Source: a virus (Duplodnaviria; Heunggongvirae; Uroviricota; Caudoviricetes). Taken from it: 44,652 nucleotides of DNA. A program made the translations under genes and the position numbers. Where the stretch lies: IMG/VR virus record IMGVR_UViG_3300045988_039442, positions 1 through 44,652 of that record; one strand, given 5' to 3'. The notes below the pieces were generated by a model, which was not told the origin of the DNA, searched no databases, and saw only the letters and a list, made by a program, of their open reading frames with translations. Within the stretch, counting starts at the first letter, position 1; every line of letters starts with the position of its first letter. This document shows, in pieces, positions 7,816-15,884 of this stretch.

Positions 7816-9285
7816 ATGTTAACTATGAACGGTCAGAATCAGGGTGTTAAGACAAAACACCGGGAATGGCTGCATCACTTCGATAAATGGCAGAAGGTGC
7901 GACACGCGCTGGAAGGCGACCTTATCCGCTATCTTCGCAACGTCGGGAAGAACGAGCCAGACCCAACCTACGCAGCGCAGCGCCAGGAAGAATACGAGAA
8001 CGGCGCTATCTGCTACAACTTCACTAAACGTACCCTGGCGGGGATGGTCGGTAGCGTCATGCGCAAAGACCCCGAACAGATTATTCCGCCTGAGATGGAG
8101 TACCTGCTACGTAATGCTGACGGTTCCGGTGTCGGGCTGTGGCAGCACGCGCAGGATACGCTGATGGAGATTGACTCGGTAGGTCGTGGCGGGTTGCTGG
8201 TTGATGCCCCAGAGACCGCCGCCGCGACGGCAGCCGAACAGAACGCAGGGTTATTAAACCCGGTCATCGCATTCTATACCGCAGAGAACATCATCAACTG
8301 GCGACTGACACGCGTAGGTTCAGTGAACCGTGTGACTATGGTCGTGCTGCGTGAGGCATGGGAATACTCAGAACCGGGTGCGGAGTTCGAAACCAAGTTT
8401 GGCGAGCAATACCGCGTCCTTGACCTGATTGACGGTCGCTACCGCCAGCGCATTTACCGCTTCGATGCCGAAGGCGGCGCTCAGGACGAAGTAATCGAAA
8501 TATTCCCGGAACTGGGCGAACAGTTGCGCGGTAAAATCCCATTTACGTTCATTGGTGCGAGCAACAACGATGCAACAATTGACGATGCACCTTTGCTGCC
8601 GTTGGCTGAGCTTAATATCGGGCATTTCCGTAACAGCGCAGACAATGAAGAGTCCAGCTTCGTGGTAGGCCAGCCTACTTTGTTCATTGCGCCGGGCGAG
8701 AACATGAGCATGGAACAGTGGAAAGAAGCCAACCCTCACGGCGTGCGTATGGGGTCGCGTTCAGGCCACAACATTGGTTACGGCGGCAATGCGTTTCTGG
8801 TTCAGGCGGGGGAGAACAACCTCGCTAAGCAGAACATGCTGGATAAAGAGAATCAGGCTATCCAGATTGGTGCGCAGCTTATCACCCCGACGCAGCAAAT
8901 CACCGCTGAATCGGCCAGACTGCAACGCGGTGCGGATACGTCAGTTATGGCGACAATCGCGCGGAACGTAAGCATGGCGTACACCGATGCGTTGCGCTGG
9001 GTGGCTGCGATGCTAGGGCTGCGTGAAGGCACAGAGATTGAGTTCAAGCTGAATATGGAGTTCTTCTTGCAACCGATGACCGCCCATGACCGTGCGCAGT
9101 GGATGGCAGACATTAATGCCGGTTTGCTGCCCGCCACTGCTTACTATGCAGCATTGCGTAAGGCTGGCGTAACTGACTGGACGGACGAGGACATTCAGAA
9201 CGCAATCGAGGATGCACCACTGCCGTTAGGTGCTGTTACTCAGGTGGAGGGGGAGATTCCGCAGTCGGCACAGCAACAGGAGTAG
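7816..9285 (+). CDS. portal protein
   Basis: 489-aa protein directly after the terminase genes; RBS AAGAGGA before the ATG. Confidence 0.8.
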   Translation: MLTMNGQNQGVKTKHREWLHHFDKWQKVRHALEGDLIRYLRNVGKNEPDPTYAAQRQEEYENGAICYNFTKRTLAGMVGSVMRKDPEQIIPPEMEYLLRNADGSGVGLWQHAQDTLMEIDSVGRGGLLVDAPETAAATAAEQNAGLLNPVIAFYTAENIINWRLTRVGSVNRVTMVVLREAWEYSEPGAEFETKFGEQYRVLDLIDGRYRQRIYRFDAEGGAQDEVIEIFPELGEQLRGKIPFTFIGASNNDATIDDAPLLPLAELNIGHFRNSADNEESSFVVGQPTLFIAPGENMSMEQWKEANPHGVRMGSRSGHNIGYGGNAFLVQAGENNLAKQNMLDKENQAIQIGAQLITPTQQITAESARLQRGADTSVMATIARNVSMAYTDALRWVAAMLGLREGTEIEFKLNMEFFLQPMTAHDRAQWMADINAGLLPATAYYAALRKAGVTDWTDEDIQNAIEDAPLPLGAVTQVEGEIPQSAQQQE

Positions 9286-9317
9286 CGAAAAAGGCCCCGT
9301 TATGGGGCCTTAGTTTT
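9286..9317. terminator. bidirectional hairpin terminator between convergent portal and DpdA-like genes
   Basis: AAGGCCCC-GTTAT-GGGGCCTT with flanking A and T tracts. Confidence 0.65.
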
Positions 9318-10034
9318 AAGTAGCCATTCCTCTACTGTAGGGGGTTTAACCATCTCTATGGTATGCCTCATTATGGCAGTTCGATGCAGTTTGTCCGTTA
9401 TGTCAGGTAGTCTTGCCTTAGTTTTCGGCACATTTATAGCTACGTTTGTGCTGTCAGCGCTGTCGAAAGGGTAGCGGCTCAAGGCCCGCCCATCCAGCAT
9501 TCTAAGGCCGTGGAGTTTTACATCCAATTTCCTGTTTCTATAAACCGCATTAAATGCCTGGTCCATTCTTTTCCCCCATGACTTAGACCGTATGGCCCTG
9601 TGCGGTCCGCAGCAACCTATCGCTACCCGATTGAACCCACGGCACAGTTTTACCAGTCTTCTTATACTTTCATCGCTGTGCCACACCGGGACCGCCTTAG
9701 ACCTTAACCAATCGGGGACAGTTTCTATTAATGCGTCGTTCTCTTCCTCCGTGCCCTCTATAACGTCCGGTATTATGAACCACTCAATACGACTGAACCA
9801 CTCTCCGACAAAATCATAATATCCTGCCCAGTGGGCGCTCCAGTCTATGTTGTCCGGTGCTTTCTTCCACGTCGAAAAAGCTCCGTTGTCCAACACTAAT
9901 TTACATCTCGTGGCGGCTATCTTTCGTATTTGATCGGGGCGGGCGTATGATACCAGAGCACCACCACCTCGGTACAATGCTTCTATAAGCTCATCCCCAC
10001 CCCAAATAGGGCCTCCGTGGTAATGCACTGTCAT
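9300..10034 (-). CDS. tRNA-guanine transglycosylase/DpdA-like protein (candidate 7-deazaguanine DNA base-exchange enzyme)
   Basis: LVLDNGAFS segment resembles the TGT catalytic-Asp region (LTDSGGFQ) and HGLRMLD a second Asp region; no CxCxxC zinc motif seen; assigned from memory of the fold, not by search. Confidence 0.4.
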   Translation of the reverse strand: MTVHYHGGPIWGGDELIEALYRGGGALVSYARPDQIRKIAATRCKLVLDNGAFSTWKKAPDNIDWSAHWAGYYDFVGEWFSRIEWFIIPDVIEGTEEENDALIETVPDWLRSKAVPVWHSDESIRRLVKLCRGFNRVAIGCCGPHRAIRSKSWGKRMDQAFNAVYRNRKLDVKLHGLRMLDGRALSRYPFDSADSTNVAINVPKTKARLPDITDKLHRTAIMRHTIEMVKPPTVEEWLLKTKAP

Positions 10035-10495
10035 TTAATTTTCCTCAGCAAGAACGACCATAAAGCTCCGCCAAAAACCTTAGCCACGAATTGGCCCAGT
10101 ACGACTAGCGGCATGAAGGCCCCGAAAGCTATTAGTGGGAAAATAAAAGAGTCCACCGCCGAGGCCGCTGTATTACTTACGTTTGACTTAACCAACCACT
10201 TTTTATTGATCAGTGCCTGGTAGACAACGGCATCTATGGCGGCTGCAAAAGCGAAGGCAACAACGCTTGCCATAGCAATCTTGCCGGTTGCCGGGTTTAT
10301 GGAGAAACTTATAATGCCAGTTACTAGTATCAGTATGAATATTTTTTGTACACCAATCCTCTCGTGCAACTTATCTCTTATTACGAAATCAAGCCCAATA
10401 AGTAGAAAGGCGTTTACCGGTGTCGCCCACGGACCAAACACAGTTACCGAAAAGTTAGCGGCGCATATCGCCGCTACGTAAATTGCATACATCAT
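10031..10495 (-). CDS. small polytopic membrane protein, possibly YhhQ/COG1738-type queuosine-precursor transporter
   Basis: Four to five TM helices; stop overlaps the start of the downstream DpdA-like gene (ATGA); SNVSNTAASAVDSFIFPLIAF resembles a DUF165 motif as I recall it. Confidence 0.35.
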   Translation of the reverse strand: MMYAIYVAAICAANFSVTVFGPWATPVNAFLLIGLDFVIRDKLHERIGVQKIFILILVTGIISFSINPATGKIAMASVVAFAFAAAIDAVVYQALINKKWLVKSNVSNTAASAVDSFIFPLIAFGAFMPLVVLGQFVAKVFGGALWSFLLRKIK

Positions 10496-10499
10496 CTTA

Positions 10500-10658
10500 T
10501 CACCCCCAGTTACGGGCAGCGTTTGCGGCTAGTGCAATCGTTTCTTCAAAAATGTAGTCTAGTTTAACAATCTGGCGCATTTTACGGCGGAACTTACGTT
10601 TGTCTCCGTTTTTCGAACTTAAATTAGTATTTACGGTAATTCTTTTTGCTAATTTCAT
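10500..10658 (-). CDS. small basic protein (52 aa), first gene of the leftward operon
   Basis: ATG at 10658 preceded by AGGAGACG; the same leader is found at 12463 and 43623. Confidence 0.4.
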   Translation of the reverse strand: MKLAKRITVNTNLSSKNGDKRKFRRKMRQIVKLDYIFEETIALAANAARNWG

Positions 10659-10682
10659 TTTTCGTCTCCTGTTTAAGTTAAC

Positions 10683-10714
10683 TGAATAGTACCCTATTAT
10701 ATTGGTGTCTGCAA
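10683..10714 (-). promoter_or_regulatory. conserved promoter/operator element, copy 1, leftward
   Basis: TGAATAGTACCCTATTATATTGGTGTCTGCAA; minus strand reads TTGCAGAC ... TATAAT; contains the AATAG-N4-CTATT palindrome. Confidence 0.55.
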
Positions 10715-10758
10715 TTATTATTTTTATGCGGTACACTGTCGATACTACAGGAGGGCTT

Positions 10759-11802
10759 ATGAGCTTACTTACATCCCTAATCAGCCACCAGATATGGCTG
10801 CAACGCGCCGCGTCCGGTGAGGTGAAAGACCTCGCGCCGTTCCTTCAGGAGATGAGGGACGAAATCAAACGGCAGGTGCTGTTATTCGGCGACGACGGGC
10901 GTAGCACCGCGCGACTGAATAAACTGTTACGCGACCTGGAAGAAGCACTGAGCGGACTTACAGGCGACTGGCAAACAAAGCTGACAGAAGACCTTAAGGA
11001 ACTAGCGGCGTATGAGGCGGAGTGGAATGTAAAAACGCTGACGGCTAGCGTTAACGCGGAATTTGTTACACCTACCGCTGAACAGGTGTGGTCCGCTGCC
11101 GAGTTTCAACCGCTCTCATTAAGCGACAAACCAGTTGATTTCACCAAGCTGATGTCGGGCTGGAGTGAAACAGAAGTCGCGCGCCTTGTAACCGGCGTTA
11201 AAATGGGTTTCGTACAAGGCCAAACCACACGGCAGATTGTTAAAAGCGTAGTCGGCGCTGGCGGACTGGCAGACATCTCGGAACGAAACGCAGCTACAGT
11301 AATACGTACTGCGCTGTCTCATGTGTCCAACGAAGCCCGTAACGAGACGTACCGCCAGAACGACGACATCATTGAGAAATACGAAATAGTCGCCACACTC
11401 GACAGCCGTACATCAACAATATGCCGTAGCCTGGACGGGCAGGAATACGAAATCGGCAAAGGTCCGAGACCCCCTTTCCATCCTAACTGCAGAACGACCA
11501 CTGCGCCCGTAATCAGTTCCGAGTTCGATTTCCTGGATAAAGGAGCGAAACGCGCAGCTAAGGGCGCAGAAGGCGGTACTCAGGTAAGCGCGGACACAAC
11601 CTATTACGAGTTCCTTAAACAACAACCGGCGTGGTTTCAGGATGAAGCGATCGGCCCGGTGCGGGGTAAGATTTTCCGCAACAGCGGTATATCGCCGGAA
11701 GAGTTTCGCGTAATATCTGTAGATGGTTTCGGGAATCCGCTCACGCTTAAGCAGATGGCGGAACTCGATAAACGTGTTGCTGATTATCTGAAAGGAGAAT
11801 AA
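10759..11802 (+). CDS. head morphogenesis protein (minor head protein, SPP1 gp7/Mu F-like)
   Basis: Position after the portal; about 348 aa; ATG at 10759 with RBS ACAGGAGGG. Confidence 0.6.
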   Translation: MSLLTSLISHQIWLQRAASGEVKDLAPFLQEMRDEIKRQVLLFGDDGRSTARLNKLLRDLEEALSGLTGDWQTKLTEDLKELAAYEAEWNVKTLTASVNAEFVTPTAEQVWSAAEFQPLSLSDKPVDFTKLMSGWSETEVARLVTGVKMGFVQGQTTRQIVKSVVGAGGLADISERNAATVIRTALSHVSNEARNETYRQNDDIIEKYEIVATLDSRTSTICRSLDGQEYEIGKGPRPPFHPNCRTTTAPVISSEFDFLDKGAKRAAKGAEGGTQVSADTTYYEFLKQQPAWFQDEAIGPVRGKIFRNSGISPEEFRVISVDGFGNPLTLKQMAELDKRVADYLKGE

Positions 11803-12263
11803 TGATGGGCTTTTTCAAAGTAACTGATGTTCCGTCACGTCGCGTAGTCCAGTACGCCCGCGTGTCTGGCTCTGGTGAGAACGCGGTGTTTATTGAAGAT
11901 GAAAGTGTACTAGGTACACCGGTAGACGATATGCCGTTTGCAGATAAAACCGGTATTGCACTGCCTGCGGCGGGTATGCTTTACGAGATTCCGTATCTGG
12001 AAGACGCGGGCGACGTGTATTTCTCTGTGCAACCGAAAGACGCGGAACTGGTAGACGGAAGCGCGGTAATCACGGTAGAAGTTAAGGCGGGTAAAGCTCC
12101 GTACGCTCTGACCTGGTACAAAGACGGGAAGGAAGTTGTCAACGCGCCAGAAGAGGCTTTATCTCTGACAGTAAACGCGGTTGGTGAATACTTCGTTAAA
12201 GTTACTGATGCTGATGGTGTAGAGGCCGTCAGTAAAGCGGCGAAGGTAACTAAGCCGGAATGA
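11802..12263 (+). CDS. hypothetical virion-associated protein with Ig-like segment
   Basis: ORF track entry; the WYKDGKEV stretch is Ig-like. Confidence 0.45.
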   Translation: MMGFFKVTDVPSRRVVQYARVSGSGENAVFIEDESVLGTPVDDMPFADKTGIALPAAGMLYEIPYLEDAGDVYFSVQPKDAELVDGSAVITVEVKAGKAPYALTWYKDGKEVVNAPEEALSLTVNAVGEYFVKVTDADGVEAVSKAAKVTKPE

Positions 12264-12290
12264 TAAAAGGCCCCGAAAGGGGCCTTAGCT
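12263..12290. terminator. bidirectional hairpin terminator
   Basis: AAGGCCCC-GAAA-GGGGCCTT. Confidence 0.6.
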
Positions 12291-12463
12291 TATACATCTC
12301 TACTCGCTAGATAATCGCAGCGGGCTATCGCTAAATATAAGCTAGCGTATGCGCTATCAGCTTTAGCATGGGTAAACCCAGAAATCATTACGTAGTACAC
12401 TCCTTTATCGTTTAGAACCCAGTATTTACCGTTTTCGTGCATTATGTCTTTTTCTTTGAACAT
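12290..12463 (-). CDS. hypothetical small protein (57 aa)
   Basis: ATG preceded by AGGAGA within the same conserved leader as at 10658; below the ORF-track cut-off. Confidence 0.4.
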   Translation of the reverse strand: MFKEKDIMHENGKYWVLNDKGVYYVMISGFTHAKADSAYASLYLAIARCDYLASRDV

Positions 12464-12487
12464 TTTTCATCTCCTGTTTAAGTTAAA

Positions 12488-12519
12488 TGAATAGTACCCT
12501 ATTATATTGGTGTCTGCAA
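12488..12519 (-). promoter_or_regulatory. conserved promoter/operator element, copy 2, leftward
   Basis: Identical over 32 bp to 10683-10714. Confidence 0.55.
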
Positions 12520-12585
12520 ACTATTTATTTACCTATTCCGGTTATTCCACCCAATTGTAAATGTTGGAATAAACTATTCGAATAG

Positions 12586-12729
12586 TTGACTTTTCACTAA
12601 AAATGTGCTAAGCTCCACCTGAGCTTGTGAAGTATGAACAAGCGACCGCGGTGCGGCAGGAGAACGGAGCGGTGCGTTAGCACTGAGTGTAGTGTCGCTG
12701 CCCGCATTCGGAAGGGCCATACTCTATTG
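12586..12729 (+). ncRNA. conserved structured non-coding element, paralogue A
   Basis: About 80% identical to 43731-43873; own TTGACT-N17-TAAGCT promoter; indels not in multiples of 3; hairpins with compensatory changes. Confidence 0.45.
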
Positions 12730-12792
12730 CTTGTGTAAAAAGTAGCTGGTTTACTGAGATTACGCCGTTTCTATGTTTAAATGATAAGGACT

Positions 12793-12820
12793 AGCGCCCC
12801 GCTTTAAGGCGGGGCTTTAC
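12793..12820 (+). terminator. rho-independent terminator
   Basis: GCCCCGC-TTTAAG-GCGGGGC followed by TTTACTT. Confidence 0.55.
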
Positions 12821-12839
12821 TTATCGAGAAAGGAGAAAC

Positions 12840-13226
12840 ATGAATCTTAAAGCAACTGTCGTAGCGGGAGCATGTTTCATCATCCTGGCTTACGCACACG
12901 GCATCTACCAGTACCGCAGCGGCTGGAACGAAGGCCGCGCTAATCTTGTTTCTCAGCAACAGCAGAAAGCACAGGTTGAGCTGGCGAAGAAAACACAACG
13001 GCAGCAGCAGGATGAATCAAAGGCTGCAGCCGCTGACAACGAAGGCAAGACGAAATCAGAGGTGATCACCCGTGAAGTCGTTAAGTACATTAAAACGCCT
13101 GGCCGCAGCGTGTGCACTTTCGACGATGCTCGCGTCCTGCTCAAGTCCCGCGCCGTCGCCAACGCCAACTCCATCCCCGGATATGACGATGATGCAGCCG
13201 CCGTGCAAACTGGCGCAGCCAAGTAG
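12840..13226 (+). CDS. i-spanin (Rz-like)
   Basis: N-terminal TM segment, Gln-rich coiled-coil periplasmic region; RBS AGGAGAAAC; contains an overlapping lipoprotein gene in another frame. Confidence 0.6.
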   Translation: MNLKATVVAGACFIILAYAHGIYQYRSGWNEGRANLVSQQQQKAQVELAKKTQRQQQDESKAAAADNEGKTKSEVITREVVKYIKTPGRSVCTFDDARVLLKSRAVANANSIPGYDDDAAAVQTGAAK

Positions 13227-13335
13227 CGACGCTGATGAGGATTTAGCTATTGACGTCCAGAACGCTGAATGCGTACGGCAACTGAGGCTGAAAGTGTTCA
13301 TGTTGCAGGATTACGTGAGGAATATTCTGGAATAG
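13072..13335 (+). CDS. o-spanin (Rz1-like lipoprotein) overlapping Rz in another frame
   Basis: GTG start after GAGGTGA; signal peptide with lipobox LASC; Pro-rich mature region. Confidence 0.55.
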   Translation: MKSLSTLKRLAAACALSTMLASCSSPAPSPTPTPSPDMTMMQPPCKLAQPSSDADEDLAIDVQNAECVRQLRLKVFMLQDYVRNILE

Positions 13336-13417
13336 TTGCCTTGCATATTGGAATAATTTATTCTTGACATGTAAATCCGGGTGGCCCGGATTCCAACGTC
13401 CAGGGGACATACTGACT

Positions 13418-14119
13418 ATGAATCGTTTTTTACGTTATCCGTTCCAGGAAGAAGCTGGGGCAGAAGATAAAGCTGGTGGCGGTGACGCGCCGAAAATGTT
13501 CACCGCTGAAGAAGTTCAGGCGCTGATTGAGAAAGAAGTTGCCGGGCTTAAGGCTAATCAGGAAGCATTGCTCGCGGAGAAGAAAGAAGCCGCTCGTAAA
13601 GCAAAAGAAGCCGAAGAAGAACGGCAGCGTGCGCACCAGGAGGCGTTAAAAGCCGCTGGTAAGATGGACGAGTTCGAAAAGACGATTCGTAGCCAGTATG
13701 ACCCGGTGTTAGCCGAGAAAGATGGCCGCATCTCCAAAATGGCAGAGCGCATCCTCGGTAGCGAACGTAAAGCGGTGTTAGGCTCTTTCGCGGGCGACTT
13801 TATTACCCCGGAAGCAGTAGACATTCTCGCACCGTTCGTTAAGACTGAGTTCGAAGGCGATGATGTGGTTACTAAGTTTGTCGGCGCAGACGGCAACGTA
13901 ATCACGACTGACCCTGAACAGTTCCGCAAATATCTGCGGGAACACAAAGCGTTTTCGCATTTGATTAAAGCAAATGCAGCTTCCGGCGGCGGGGCTTCCG
14001 GTGGCAAAGGCGGCGGGGCCGCACCAGCGTTTAAAGACATGAGTGAAGCGGAGCGTTTAGCTCTGTATAAATCGAACCCTGCCGAATTTGAACGGCAACT
14101 TAAAGCCCTGAGGAAATAA
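13418..14119 (+). CDS. scaffolding protein (putative)
   Basis: Directly upstream of the major capsid gene; Ala/Glu/Lys-rich predicted coiled coil; ATG at 13418 within ORF 13364..14119. Confidence 0.55.
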   Translation: MNRFLRYPFQEEAGAEDKAGGGDAPKMFTAEEVQALIEKEVAGLKANQEALLAEKKEAARKAKEAEEERQRAHQEALKAAGKMDEFEKTIRSQYDPVLAEKDGRISKMAERILGSERKAVLGSFAGDFITPEAVDILAPFVKTEFEGDDVVTKFVGADGNVITTDPEQFRKYLREHKAFSHLIKANAASGGGASGGKGGGAAPAFKDMSEAERLALYKSNPAEFERQLKALRK

Positions 14120-14121
14120 TA

Positions 14122-15171
14122 ATGGCAATTACCACTATCGGCGATATCGTAACTGGCAACATCCCGGTCCTGGCGTCTTATATGACCGAAGACCCGGTAG
14201 AAAAAACCGCGTTCTTCCAGTCCGGTATTCTGACCCCGACTCCGTACGCCGCAGAGATTGCCCGCGGCCCGTCCAACATCGCCAACATTCCTTTCTGGAA
14301 AGCGATTGATACGTCTATCGAGCCTAATTACTCGAACGACGTGTATCAGGACATCGCTACCCCGCGTAATGTGCAAACCGGCGAGATGATGGCCCGTGTT
14401 GCCTACCTGAACGAAGGTTTTGGTCAGGCGGATTTGACTGTCGAACTGACCAGCCAGAATCCGCTGCAATCCGTAGCGTCCCGTCTGGATAACTTCTGGC
14501 AACGTCAGGCACAACGCCGTCTGATTGCCACCGCGCTCGGTCTGTACAACGACAACGTAGCTGCTACCGATGCTTACCACGAGCAGAATGACATGGTAAT
14601 CGACGTGTCCGCTACTCTGGGCTTCGACTCCAGTGCGTTCATCGACGCAACCCAGACCATGGGTGATGCGCTGATTGGTAACGGCGGCGAAGTATTGGGC
14701 GCTATCGCTATGCACAGCTTCGTTTATGCGCAGGCGCGTAAACAGCAACTTATTGACTTCATCAAAGATGCTGACAACGACACCCTGTTCGCCACCTACC
14801 AGGGCTACCGTGTGATCGTTGACGACAGCATGACCGTAGTTGGTACTGGCGGCGGCCGTAAGTTCATCTCCATCATCTTCGGCAACGGCGCTATCGGTTA
14901 CGGTGAAGGTTCTCCGTCCAACCCGCTGGAATATGAACGCGAAGCATCCCGTGGTAACGGCGGCGGCGTTGAAACCCTGTGGACTCGTAAGACCTGGTTG
15001 CTGCACCCGCTGGGCTACAGCTTCACCAGCGCGGTAATCACCGGTAATGGCACCGAGACGGTTGCACGTTCCGCTTCCTGGCAGGACCTGGCGAACGCCT
15101 CCAACTGGAACCGTGTGGTTGAGCGTAAGCATGTACCGATTGCCTTCCTGGTAACTGGTGTCGGTGCTTAA
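14122..15171 (+). CDS. major capsid protein
   Basis: 349 aa following the scaffold gene; strong RBS; terminator immediately downstream as expected for a highly expressed gene. Confidence 0.8.
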   Translation: MAITTIGDIVTGNIPVLASYMTEDPVEKTAFFQSGILTPTPYAAEIARGPSNIANIPFWKAIDTSIEPNYSNDVYQDIATPRNVQTGEMMARVAYLNEGFGQADLTVELTSQNPLQSVASRLDNFWQRQAQRRLIATALGLYNDNVAATDAYHEQNDMVIDVSATLGFDSSAFIDATQTMGDALIGNGGEVLGAIAMHSFVYAQARKQQLIDFIKDADNDTLFATYQGYRVIVDDSMTVVGTGGGRKFISIIFGNGAIGYGEGSPSNPLEYEREASRGNGGGVETLWTRKTWLLHPLGYSFTSAVITGNGTETVARSASWQDLANASNWNRVVERKHVPIAFLVTGVGA

Positions 15172-15187
15172 GGTTAAGATATAATCG

Positions 15188-15214
15188 AGAGGGACTTCGG
15201 TCCCTCTTTTCATT
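15188..15214 (+). terminator. rho-independent terminator after the capsid gene
   Basis: AGAGGGAC-TTCG-GTCCCTCT followed by TTTT. Confidence 0.7.
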
Positions 15215-15230
15215 TACTAAGAGGTAATTT

Positions 15231-15530
15231 ATGGCTAAGACCGGAAAAGGCTTGCCGCGCAGCCTTGAGAATGTCGACTTCGGCGACTTTGACATCCCAG
15301 TAACGCCGGCTACTACCAGCGTAGTTGGTGGGGTTAAAAAGTCAGCTACTGTAGCCACGCCCGCAGCCATTACCGCTGGCGTAGGGGCGCAGTCTGTTGA
15401 TGCCCCGACTAAGCTCGAGTTCGATGCTCTTGTGGCGGAGTACAACAAACTTTTAACTGATGTTACCGCGCTGCGCACTACCGTAGAAAATCTGTTGACT
15501 GCGCTTAAAAACGCAGGAACCGTAAGCTAA
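15231..15530 (+). CDS. hypothetical head-associated protein
   Basis: ORF track entry; RBS AAGAGG. Confidence 0.5.
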   Translation: MAKTGKGLPRSLENVDFGDFDIPVTPATTSVVGGVKKSATVATPAAITAGVGAQSVDAPTKLEFDALVAEYNKLLTDVTALRTTVENLLTALKNAGTVS

Positions 15531-15542
15531 AGGAGCTTAAAA

Positions 15543-15884
15543 ATGGTTGATGTAATTAAACGTCGTATTACTGGTGTGTCCACCGATACCGTTGGTGCTA
15601 AAATCGATATGGCAAATATCTCGCCAGCGTCTTTCTCTTCCGCGCTGGCGGCTACTACCTCCGTTACCGCAGGTGAAACCATGACACTGACCGTAACCGT
15701 AACGGGCGGTCTGGAGCCGTATTCCTACCAGTGGCACAAGAACAACAACGCTATCGCCGGGGCGAACGCTGCTTCCTATGTGAAGGCGTCCACTACTACC
15801 GCAGATTCCGGTACGTATAAAGTGGTTGTTCACGATGTGTATGGTAATATTATCTCCAGCAGCACTGTAGCAACTGTGTCTTAA
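15543..15884 (+). CDS. Ig-like domain protein (possible capsid decoration)
   Basis: YQWHKNN ... DSGTYKVVVHD pattern is Ig-like; RBS AAGGAG. Confidence 0.5.
   Translation: MVDVIKRRITGVSTDTVGAKIDMANISPASFSSALAATTSVTAGETMTLTVTVTGGLEPYSYQWHKNNNAIAGANAASYVKASTTTADSGTYKVVVHDVYGNIISSSTVATVS

Noticed and set aside
12586-12729. Non-coding element considered as a small protein gene (34-codon ATG-initiated frame) or as a preQ1 riboswitch
   Set aside because: The frame is destroyed by 1-2 nt indels in the paralogue at 43731-43873, and the sequence does not match the short hairpin plus A-rich tail of preQ1-I riboswitches.
13558-15213. 551-aa ORF on the minus strand
   Set aside because: It runs antisense across the scaffold and major capsid genes, has no RBS, and its translation is low-complexity (Arg/Gly/Ala-rich); this is typical of an antisense artefact in a GC-biased coding region.
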